Source: Enoplolaimus lenunculus (lineage: Eukaryota). From it: a stretch of DNA of 64,000 nucleotides. The DNA lies in contig JASANG010001107.1 of NCBI GenBank assembly GCA_030248215.1, forward strand, positions 744,001-808,000, given 5' to 3'. The first letter of the stretch is position 1. Each line of letters opens with the position of its first letter. The position numbers were made by a program, and so were the translations under genes. Of the stretch, positions 12,595-24,532 are shown piece by piece. The notes beneath the pieces were generated by a model that was not told where the DNA came from, ran no database searches, and saw nothing but the letters and a program-made list of their open reading frames with translations.

Positions 12595-15500
12595 CTACAA
12601 AAATTTGACTTCGGATTTAGGATCAGGTGCATGTGAGCTCCACGCTGCCGAGCGTAAACATTCGCCCAGTCGATTTGACACGTTCCATAAAGCACCGTAC
12701 ACACATTTCTGAGAATTATATTTAGTATCGCTGTCTCGATTCGTTGCTTGCCGTGTTCGTCCAAGATGAGTGGTATTAAAAACTCGTTTATTTACTCCAA
12801 CAATACAAGCTTGGTCAAATGAATAAAATTTCCGTACTGCTGAATCAACAACCGACAACATGATTTCATTAGCGTCATCAGCTGATAACAGTGATCGATA
12901 TAACTGAGACTGCAAATCATTAATGCCGCTCGTTTGTTTTCTGGCACTACCATAGTAATTGCTGTCAGCGTCTGAAATGAATTAAAATAACAGCCTATGT
13001 TATTTTTCGGGGTGTAGTAGTACATAGCTAAGCTTCAGTTTTAGGACATGCCTAAAACTCTGCATAAACCAATTTCTTACCTAAAAACGACTCTCTAACA
13101 CAGTTCTGCAGAACGGGACGCCGCTAAAAGTAACATACGCAAAATAATATAAAATATCGCTACAGATTCCAGTCGATGCCTAATCAAATACCACAATAAA
13201 ATATTTTATAGATAATCGCGTCTAACCGGATTGGATCCGTTCTATCATTAGCTTGCAATCGCAAACCAATAAATTTTATCATGAGTGGAAGGTTAACTAA
13301 TTTTGCAGTATAACCTCTCTTAGCGCGACTACGAAGTAGTGAAGTGCATATACCAAAAAGGATGCCGATGTCAATTTCTCTTTATAATGTTGATACCGAT
13401 ACCAATTTTAGAAGAATAAGACACCGGTAATGTTTAGAGACCTGACTGAATTACTACACAGCAATACACTATACGTGGCAAGATTTAAATCCGCCGCATG
13501 AGCATGAAGCGTCCATAAATGACATGAGAGTTGTTAATTTTAGTAAAATTAAGCTGCTACGCAAAGGCTAATTACAGCACACTATTAAAATGATAAAAAT
13601 ATACTGCTTACTGCTAGAAGTGAAATTTAAAGCATACTAGCTTAGTGCTAAGGGCGAAAGCTATCAGAGATAACAAACAACTTTGAAAAAACCACGACTT
13701 AAACACGTAGACACAGTGACTTGAGACATCTTTATGTTGTCTTCTTTCCTGCAGATTACAATCACATACAGAATTTAGTGCGCAATAGTCGCGACCGCGG
13801 TTATATAATCGCGCGCGATTGTGTTAACGCCCGCATTGCTAGCAACTAGTCGCTTCCAAACCTAACATTACGCAACAGTGATTGCAGTTGGGGTTATGAT
13901 CGCAGTAACCACAAGCAGTTAAAATCGGCTGTGCACTCCATTGCGTAAAAGAAACGACCAATCACGATCAAAACCGCAGTGCGGAACGCGAACACAATGG
14001 TCGTGGTTGCGTTGTGTCGTTTCCACCTCATTTACTGCCTTTCCTAGCGAAAAGCCAATAGCCTACCGTTTGGCATCCCGAGTGTGATAAGGTCATTAGG
14101 CTTTAAAGGCACTACAAGAAACTGGCTTCGCCCGACGACCTTTGGAGGCGATTGCGCATCACCAGGAATGTTGTTCAGAATCAACTTTAAGGTCCATACA
14201 CCAGGCATAAATCCAGATAAATTTGAATGAACATCGTGTTTAGTGGCGGAAGTTTCATAATCTTGAGATCGTTTTGTTTTGATCTGAGGTGTTTTGGCGA
14301 GTTTTTGTTTCAAAAAACCAGTTGGATATGGCAATTCAAGTGAATAAATGCGCTTTTTAAAGTCGATTCTTATTGGCAATAAGTCTAAAAATATATACCA
14401 TACATTCAAATAACGCAGCACTAATTTTGATTTAAGTACGTACCACTGAAATCAAATATGCGAGTTTTGCGTCAATGCCTCTTACGATTGGAAAAATCAG
14501 CTGTTACGGCGCTCAAATTACAGACACATGTTATAAGAATTTCCATCGTTCAACCGGAATTCCTGTTATATTTGATTCCTGTTCCTGTTAGAGCTTTAGT
14601 AAAGCTTGGTGCTCAAAATGGCTAAAATTGGCTTAAGGAAACAATGATGCTAAAACATTGACGTGTCAATTAAGCTCGTTTACCTGCTGCATTATCATTT
14701 GGATCGACTAATAATACACTGAAGTTGAGTGGTTCCATGTATTGATCTGCAGTTGAAACACGTGCCACTTCGATACGGAGAATTGGAAGAGCGTCCCTGT
14801 TACTTGCTACGGCTCCTGTTCGCGACCGAAATATGAGCTCCTTCGCGTCAAATGCGGTGCCAACCTGAAATATATTTAAACACATATATACAGTGTAACT
14901 ATTATTATTCTGCTGCTGCTGTCGTCACACTTTTAGTGTTGTATATGTAAGCATTTGAGACATGTTTGCTCTGGTGCACATGCAATAATATGCAATACAC
15001 ATTGTATAGTATGCTTGCAGGCAACATACTGTCTACATATATAGTCGACGATAGAAGCAATTGGATCGGCGGACTATATGGCGCAGTGGTAGAGCGCTTG
15101 CCTCGGAATCCGTAGGTTGCTAGTTCGAAACAACCCGTAACACGCTTTATATCTTTGTTCAACGAAGGTTATTTTACCATTTTTCAGATTTTGCCATAAA
15201 TTAAACTATGCCCCGTCCCGTGCCAATTTTCATATAAAAATTGCCTCCGAACAAATTTTTATACAGAAACTGGATGAAAATTTGCTCACCCAAACAATTT
15301 ATACTTTTCGTGACATAAAGCTGCACTACGATCAGTAGTGGTTTAGAGTGATGTATTGTTATCTACTCATGGAATAAATTTTTCAACTCCGCCGTTATTG
15401 GTATGTCTCTCAAACGTTATAATGTTTGCGCTTTGCACATGCAACTTCCGGCAGTCTAGTTAGCGGCGCGGTTTATACAACGTTTGAGTAGACGGTAGCG

Positions 15501-18500
15501 GACATTTTTATGCCGTCACTATTTACCTTGAATGTCCCCCTCAACTGCACAATTATAGGTGTGGATAGTCTGATATATAGATAGTTTTCATAAAAAATTA
15601 TTAGTTTTCGGAAAATCTGAAATTCTTTCATAATTTGAATTTTCCTCCAAAATTTGAATTTTCCAGCCAAGTAAGCTACATCGTTTATGAGAACGCATAT
15701 ATGTCCAACAATGTTCAAACATTCCGTAGTATTTTGCTGTAAAGGCGCATTTGAAACAATTATTCGATGATTGTGAGATGAAAATACACCACTCTAAACC
15801 GCTACTGGTCATAGTGCAGGTTTATGTTACGAAAAGTTTAAATTGCTTGGGGGACAAATTTTCATGAAGAGGGGCACTTTTCCATTAAGTTTGTCAATAA
15901 AAATTTGCCTGAGGGCCACATTTTATAATGAAAACTTTCCATTGCAAGTATATTTTTTATGGAGGAGCAAATTTTTTTCCTAACACCGGTAAATTGTAAT
16001 CTCGGTAGCACCCTGATAAATGATATACATCACGAAGCCATCGCAGGGTATAGCAATGTTACGAAATTGTATCCCATTTACTCAAGCCAAAAAAAGTTTG
16101 CGAACATGAAATTGAAAACATTTATTACATCAACATACCTCTATACTATTAAGTAAACTCGGCATAAAAATGCTTCGCTGCTTTAAAGAATCGCTGGTTT
16201 CTTCCGAGTGCAGAGAAAGTCGAGAAATAAGAGATTCAAGCCGTATCACGTCAAAACCACAGTCGATTGAAAAGTCAAGTAGCAGACCTATACAAAATAG
16301 TAATAATGATAATAACTAAATAGTTTAAGTCCAGATTAAAAATACACACATCCAATTTTGAAAGAATGAGCTGGTACAATACAGACATAAAGAGCTGAGA
16401 AAGTCTGCGATCATGTAAGGACTACTGCTTTACCTAATTAAATTATTTACAATGAAAGCATGCCAAAATACGACAATAGTAAGTTGTACTTGTTTTACGT
16501 AACAAACAACATTACTTAATGTGACACAATGTAACGGAATAATTCGTATCTAAAGGACAACGAAATATTTCTTTTTATAACAATCTCTATCCCACTAAAT
16601 GAAACCAACTATAATAAAAATAATCTGGAAGCAGCTATTTATTCTAGACTTATGCGCCAATTAACAGCATATCTTTAGGCCCCAATTCAAAAATTTAGGC
16701 GCCAAACGAAATTTCGACGTTTCTGAATAAGGAATATTATTTCAAATAATTTGCAATATAAACTTTGCCAAGGGCCTTTACTTTCTGAACAAAGAATTTC
16801 GAGATGTGCCGATTAATCGACAGCGGTAATAAACGGCACTTTTTGCGAGTATCGGCATCGGAACTGCAAAAAATGCCGATTCATTGCCAGCACCTTTTGC
16901 ACAAACTTAATTGATATGAACAGTTCTCATAAAATTTTAAGTCTTCAAACAATCATGACATGTAGTATCCTATATGTTCTTTAAACATAGTGTACTAAAA
17001 TTGGAATTGGAATCGGCAACGGCGTCGGTATCGGCATCGGTTCGGAAGATCAATTTTTTTAAAAAGCCTAAAATATTTTTATCATTTAGTTTTCGAAGAC
17101 AATTTTCGACATGACGCAAAATAAATTTTTTGCGGCCAATTTAGCGGCGAACAAAAAAATTTCGGTACCAACTCGATATTTTACACGAAGTGAGCCTGGA
17201 TTGTGCAAAAAATAAACAATGGGAAGTAGCCTATTTTAAACTATTACCTAAATTTTGAACCCTATTAAAAGTCATTACAAACATTACAAACCTTTGAATA
17301 ACCCGTAGTTCCAGTAAGACCACAAAGTCATTACAAACATTACAAACCTTTGAATAACCCGTAGTTCCAGTAAGACCACATGTTACGTGGACGAATAGAT
17401 TTCATATCACACGGTGGGCACATCGACCTGAACGGTTTCATAATTGCAAGCCATTTATTCACCGATTGCCTGGCAAGAGATTCAATGAGCACTGGCTGAT
17501 GAGCAGGAACTACGGACTTGGCATCAAAGTGAGACCATTCGTTAAACCTAAAATATTTAAAATATTTCCAATTTATTTTGTGGTAAACTAGTAACGTAAG
17601 ATACACTGCACAGCAGGGTGCAACCGGAAGTCTGGTTCCGGTTCATTTTTTCACCTTGCGGTTCGGGTAAATTGTTACCGATATTAAAAATTCCGGTATT
17701 AAAATTTGGTCGGTGGAAATTAAGTTATTGTAGTAAAAAATGACGACAAAAATTATATAGATTTCATTTGTATAGTATGCAAACCTTAAACCATCGAAGG
17801 TAGATTTCGCTTCCGTGCATTACGAAAATCTAAAATACAGCAGATAAAGTGAATCCCTATCTCCAACTAGGGTTATTTCACCAATAATATTGCAAAAAAG
17901 AAAATTAGAAATAATTTTTCGGTGGAATGTATTTTTCGTTTCTCGGCTCCAGTTCCAATTGCTTTTCCGGTAATTTTTTCAAATTCCGGTTCCAGTTCCG
18001 GTAAATTGTAATTCCGGTTGCACCCTGCTGAACATTGAATACTCTTGATAATTTACGACGAAAGCGCTAGAAAATCGTACTCCAAGTTGACCGCAAGTCG
18101 CAAACATTGCAAAGCGTGTCGGCAATCCATCTGCGAATGTCCGCAAAACAAAATATCAATACTCAATTTTTTACCTTACGCATGAAGAGTGATCTGTAAT
18201 TTTCTCCACAAGCAATCACCATGCCCTAAAACTCACCAAAATGATTCCTGATTCTGAAGCATTTCTTGTAGGTTATCTTTGCCAACGCTACGCCCAATAA
18301 ACTGTGTTTTACTTAATCGATAGTCAATCCAATTAATAACAGATAAATCAATTGTCGCGTCAAACTTGCGAGCGAAGTACTGCAATTTCTGACGCGTTTT
18401 CATTGGATCAAGACGTATGGTTGCGTGCGCCATTTCAAAAGTTTTTGGACTACATCCGCACCAATCAACTGCGTGATTATACTGACACTGACAACCTTGT

Positions 18501-21500
18501 CCTGATATATATTCATACTGCATATGTACATTGTGTCATTACTGTAATTTTTTGGTGAAATAGGGGTTTCTGGCTGCCTTTTTACAAACAAACCATACTG
18601 AACTCGACAAAAACCAACTTCAAAAAATATTGAATAAGAAAATACTGTTCATTAAGTTAGTATTATATAAGAAAATTTCAGAACCGTTTCCTTGCACTGT
18701 CATAAGTTGAATCTTCTACGCAGTATACAGTATAATACGTGTCTAACACATAGAAATTAGTCATCTTCTGTTAATTAAATATATGGGAGGTTTAAATAAC
18801 ATGCACTTTCTTTGCTAACTTGACGATCCCCAAACACTACCAACCTTTCAAACGAAGATGGTTTGTCCTAACAGTAACTAAATAAAAGTTTAAACTAACC
18901 TCTCCGCCAATTCGTTAGTTTCAAATTCGAATTGATATATGTTTCACAAAACCTCGAATTATGCAGCACCGTGTGAAAAAACGACTCGCCGGGTAAAAGC
19001 GCATAGCGATACATTTCCTTCAACCCGGTTACTAAGTTGTCCTTGCCTTAAATAGACAATGTAAGGCAAGCCGGTTCCAAAAACAATCCACTGATATTAG
19101 ATTCTTAACTGAAAATAACGTTTTAGTTTTTAGACTCCATATAAATATAGAATCGCGAACGCGAAACGCCTGTTAATTCTACCAAAAACATCGCTACATT
19201 GCCAGCTATTGTTTACTACTCTAATCAACATGATCATCAAGTCTATTAAAACAAAACGGAAGGTATGTTACAACAACTAGCATCATGATGTAAAACGTTT
19301 AGCTTGGCGCTACGGTTAATACTAAGAAAAGCGAAAAGCCGCAATGCATATACACCAACCAAGTAAAGTACATATCTTGCATATCAGAAAGTAATTATAA
19401 GTAGGACCTTATTCACTTTTCACAAATTTTAGTAAGCTCAAAATTTTTGCATTTCTGAGGCAAAAATGTGTCTGGCTACGCAAACAAATACGTGACTATT
19501 TGAAAACAACAGTGGACTAACTATATGTGAGGTAATGTACAAATGCTCGATGCAATACGAACCAATCGGATCCACCATCCATCCAAAGACCTTTCGGTAA
19601 CTGCCGATCTCCAATGCGCCACAAGTGCCGGTCACACTCATAAAATGTTTTCTTTAAACCTATTCCAACATTTAATTAAAACAATATACATATATAAGAT
19701 TAGCTTAGCCAACCTCAGCAAAACCGCCAATATATTATTGACACCTGAATTAGAGATGTCAGGTGTGCCGTTTAATTGGCATCGGTAATAATCGGCACAT
19801 TTCGTGAGTATCGGCATCGGCACTGCAAAAAAATTCCGATTTTTTGCCGATAGTTTTTGCACATTAGTCAGGTGGAATGCTATCAATTTCATTTCTGGAC
19901 GCATACCAGTGTGTGTGGACAGGAAAACTGTTATCTCTCTTCCGTTTGTGTTTGAGAAAACTAATTGAAATGAACCGGTGTTATAAAATTATAATCGTTT
20001 ATGATGGTAAGGGTTTAAGTCTTCACATAATGATGTAATGTAGTATCCTATCGGTTTATTAAAGATGGTGGACTAAATCAGGAATCGGCATTGGCATCGG
20101 TTCGGCATCCAGGTTTGGGTTCTATATGCACAAAACAAAATGCAGCTAATGAGATAATACTAAATTAACCAATTACCATAAACAAACATTCTAATCGAGT
20201 TTTGGAATCACGGAGCCTTTACCTTGTTTAGATAAAAATTTGTCGCCAGCAATATTATGAGATCGTACAAAATTGGACCCGTTATAGAAAGTTAAGAACG
20301 CTGTCACCTCTTCAATTGTGTGCAAAGGCATGTCTGTTTCACTGAAACAAAGAAATGTTTACTAAATAGAAAGGGTGTAATCTGATATCCGTTCCCTGCA
20401 AAATCGATGTCTGTTTTGTTTGCTTTATGCAAGGAAGGGAACTTCTGGTATGTCTGTGCTCGTAATTTGCCTTACTTTCATGCATGGGTTTTCACTGTGT
20501 GCATGTATAATTTACAAAACCTTACAAATAATTTGCATTTCCATTTCCGTTTCTGGTATATAATTTAATCAATTTCTGTTTCCGATATGTCTACTATCAT
20601 TTTACATCCTGCAAATATGAGATAAGACACATTTCATAATCCAGCCATGAGATAGATAGCTAAAGAGAGAGAAACTTGGCAAATAAATTGTGCTGACAGT
20701 GATATCCATTGCACTACAGCAACGAATATCGCTTCAAAGATACCTATCATCCTTCAAATTCGCAATGGTAACAGATACCTAAGGTTAATCACATAATCCC
20801 ATTTCCAGTCTGACAATAACGTTAAAATCTCATCGAAGCAATCCAAATACATGCGTAACAGCGAAGCACCTCCCCAAATTGTTGAATAACGGCGATGTCG
20901 AGTCAAATATATATTATCGGGTTGCGAATCATAAACCATGTTAGTAATTTGTCGAAATAAATATTCCTGACGCTGAAATTGGTATAACTGATTAATTTTA
21001 CACAAAATATTCAAACGCCGTTAACACTTACTATGAGTGATGAAAATAACAAGCAAGACCAAAAGGGACACAATCGGAAACTAGGTTAGTTTCATGCTAC
21101 TTAAAATCGATATAGAACAGTGTTGTCTCGGCTGCATTATTGGTAGAGAACTTCATCTAGTGTTCAATAACTGGTAATTCAAAGTACATAGAAAAACTAA
21201 CCTCGTCAATATGAATAAAATAAAAATGTTCTTTTCTGTACATCAGTCGGAACGTCTGTTTAAACTGAAATACAATAAACAAACAAAATTAAAAATGTTG
21301 CACCTGCTGCCCATAGTTTTAAAGGTTATTAACTAACCTCAAGAATCAGACGCGAAGGCGACATGGTAACCACCCAAGATAGATTCGAAATCAGAACTAA
21401 GAAAGCGTATTAAAAGTTACATTGTAATTCCCCACATAAATTTGGCATAATAAACTGGAATCATTGTTAACTATGAAGAACTTTGAATTTCCAATGTTGA

Positions 21501-24500
21501 CTATGTGTTAAATCAGAAACGCACTGCCTGTTTCGCTACTTTACTTTTACTTTTAAAAGGTTAAATTTTGGTTCAGGTAAAACATGGTTTATTATTAGCT
21601 TTTTTCCAACGATTGAACTCGTACAATATGAAAGAAACCTAGCCACTTATGCATACCATTATTCAAAAGACAGCATACTTGTCTAAAATTTCGTCCATTT
21701 AACGCTAAAAAGAACAATATTCTGACAGGCACCATACCGGCTGTTTCATCAACATCAACATAACGAACGTTATGTAATGGAATTTTGCCTAAAAATAAAT
21801 AAGTAGATAATACTTATATTCCGGACATTTTCGCCAGAAAATCCCGGGTCTGGGTTTTCACTTCGAGAAATTCCTGGTTAGCGTTTTCACAACAAAGTAT
21901 TCCGCGTCCGGACACTACAAAAATACCCGGACAAAATACTCAGGAATAAAATTACTTCTATAACAAAATTACCTTAGTGATTTCCGCAATTCGCGTCTAC
22001 ATCCTGAATTGTAACTGTACCGTACATAAATTAAGTAGTCTAAACAATTTTTCAGATTGTTGCTCAACGCTAACCGTATGAAATACGTTAAATACAAAAG
22101 ATTCTCGACATGTCTCTTATGACAACTATCGTATGTCGTACGTAAAGCCAAACTGAAGTAGGAATAGTTTGTTCGATTCAAAATCTGATGTGTTCTGCAA
22201 AACTTGATGACGGAAAAGCTAAAAGTTCGCTTAAGCCAAATTCCGGTTCCTGTTCATGTTCTTGTTCTTGCAGAAACATTCAATTCCTGTTCCCGTTTAG
22301 GTGAAAGTTAGTTGCTGCTGGAACGCTGCAAGAAACCTGCTAAAATTAGCTGATAGAATATAGATGGAGGCAAAAATTTCTGCCTTTCTTTGAAACATTT
22401 AGACCATGTTCAGTTTTCATGTCATAAATATCTGTACATAGATATCGATTGCTACTCAGAATCGGAGTTCCGGGTGCACCCTGGAATAACCGAGTCGGAT
22501 GTCGAAATTTTGCCTAAGCTGGATACCCGGTGGAACCCTAATACATAACGTACGTAATAATAGAAATGTTTTGCAAGGTTACACAAGCAACCAGGGTGCA
22601 AATCGGACCTGAATTATACCGGAACCGGAACAACAAATTTATACCGTAGCAGTAATCAGAATCGGAATCGTAACTAGACGTTTTGTGACTGTACGGATAA
22701 TTCCTATAAACACGTATAATATTGATTTAGGGTGTCCGTTGGCTGGCAACCAATCTCAAAAACGTTGCATGAACAAATTGTCAATCATTTCTTGGTTCTG
22801 TAAAGCGAAACTACAATCAATTATTGATTTTAACACAATCGAAAACAATTTAATAGATGAATAACACAGAATTTTTTTGTAGCGTATCACAGCATGTCAG
22901 ATTAAATTTAAAATTTCAAGATTCTAATTCCGATTGATTTTCATTGGAATCGGAACTCGTTTTAATTAGAATCCTAATCGGAATCGTAATTCCGGTTGCA
23001 CCCTGCATGCAACCTAGTACTACATAAAACCAGGTAAAGTTGATTTTTTCCAACTCTAGCCCATTTCAAGTGTTATTTTACGTTTTTTAAACATTCTGAG
23101 AAAGTTAAATACTAACCGGCAGCATCAAATCCTGTTTCATACACAGACATCCACCAAAATCCACCACACTTAAGGTTTTGATCTCCTGGACACTGATATG
23201 CACCGCAATCTGTATTTCGGTCGCCATTAGTGAAATTGAAATGAACTTCAACGCCGCAATGACACTCTAGGCCATATTGTGTTCCTACAAAGAATAAACT
23301 GTTTAGTACAATATAGTCGTTCATTGTGTTAAAGACAATAGATATCATAATTGCCCACGGCATATCAGACGTATTAAATAGCTACCTGTATATAAAATAT
23401 AAACTTAATTTTAAGATCTTAATTCAATATCTAAAAGAAGAACCTACATACATATGCCTATTCTTAAGTTTTAAACATACACCAGCTCGAAATACGAGCG
23501 TATATACCTGCATAAGGATAAGCCAAACGATAACAAGTTTCAACGCAAACATCCGGCGTATTGGTAATGTTCAACCGAAATACATCCGCTGTGTTAAATA
23601 TTCGTTTTTCTTTCGCGCCATCTTTAAAACAACCAACGTAACGACCAGCGTTTTTCTGGCTTTTGACTAAAACAAATCCAACACTAAAAACTTTTCTGTG
23701 AATGGCTAAACAAACAAATAAATTGTAATCACATTTCATTGCCAATTTGCACAAATCTAAGCTTATACTTTGCTGCTTATATAGTCGTAGCTATATTACA
23801 TACTGGTTTTGCAACTCTTCCGTACTTTGGATGACACATGCTATAACAATAACTCACTTTGCAAGGGGCACTTCGTTTTGAAAACGATTGGGTGCAAAGT
23901 TCCATGAGTCGCAAGTTGACACGCAATATTTGCTATTTTATGTCTACAGTGAGATGATTTTGTTCTATTGATTGCGCTTGAAGCATCTGGATGAAGCGTT
24001 GTGGCAGAAATGCAAAACTGATTGAAATAAGTATATTCTGGTGTGATATTCTGAAAAGCAACTTATATGCCTGTCAAATATTAATTTATTGCATGAAACA
24101 TGACTGGTTCGTCTGAATAATAGAGATTAAAAAGGAACTATAAAGAGAAAAACAGCTTACTCTTCACGAAGCTCAACCAGAAAAGAAGTTCGGCATGTAG
24201 CGCTTAGCTCACACTTCAAATTGACATTTATGTTTGCTTTTCGTGTTCAAAAACACACCCTTTAGTAACTCACAGTTTAAAAATTACAATATATATATAA
24301 TATATATACACAATATTCTACTTTAGGTTCACGAACAAGAATACGAATACAAGTATTGAAAACATACGGTGTTAGAAGAAAAAGAACCAGGTGTTTTGTT
24401 CTGCGCAATGTCTGTGACTGCTATCCGGGAAACCACACGTAATATCGTTACATCCACGGTTAGATATGTAATTGCCAACAAAATCAAAATCAGTAGAACT

Positions 24501-24532
24501 GTCTTTTTACGAAATTCCAGCGAAAAATCCAT
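12595..24532 (-). CDS. XYLT: Peptide O-xylosyltransferase (XYLT/oxt/sqv-6 family, GT14), type II membrane protein with WSC domain
   Basis: About 16 exons (approximate): 24368-24532 (TM anchor), 23859-24051, 23508-23667 and 23118-23284 (WSC: YVGCFKD...CVETC...YAGTQYGLECHCG...CPG...CGG), 21679-21788, 21202-21264 (HFYFIHID), 20779-20972 (TIWGGASLL...WKWDYVINLS), 20224-20342, 19522-19659 (DGGSDW), 18900-19047 (LLPGESFFHT), 18236-18501 (GCQCQYNHAVDWCGCSP, FARKFD), 17348-17547, ~16229-16287, 14684-14864, 14067-14384, 12595-12971 (WSSHAPDPKSEV). Confidence 0.93.
15068..15145 (+). repeat. tRNA-derived SINE-like head or decayed tRNA pseudogene
   Basis: Pol III A box TGGCGCAGTGG and B box GTTCGAAAC at tRNA spacing, but acceptor and T stems do not pair. 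Confidence 0.55.
15225..15935. mobile_element. Old fold-back/MITE-like element with long degenerate inverted arms
   Basis: 15292-15364 is an imperfect reverse complement of 15776-15848; weaker symmetry extends outward. Confidence 0.6.
16800..17045 (+). repeat. Dispersed ATCGGC-subrepeat MITE family
   Basis: GTGCCG.TTAAT...GAGTATCGGCATCGG shared with 19765-20110 and, inverted, with ~26460-26605. Confidence 0.7.
17269..17380. repeat. Exact 56-bp tandem duplication across an XYLT exon-intron boundary
   Basis: 17269-17324 equals 17325-17380. Confidence 0.95.
17614..18027. mobile_element. hAT-type MITE (CAGGGTGCAACCGG TIR family)
   Basis: Both TIRs present; degenerate TSD CTGCACAG/CTGAACAT. Confidence 0.85.
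22592..23005. mobile_element. hAT-type MITE (CAGGGTGCAA TIR, different internal sequence)
   Basis: TIRs present; TSD CAAGCAAC/CATGCAAC (7 of 8). Confidence 0.85.

Noticed and set aside
15068..15145. Functional tRNA gene
   Set aside because: A and B boxes present but the acceptor and T stems do not form.
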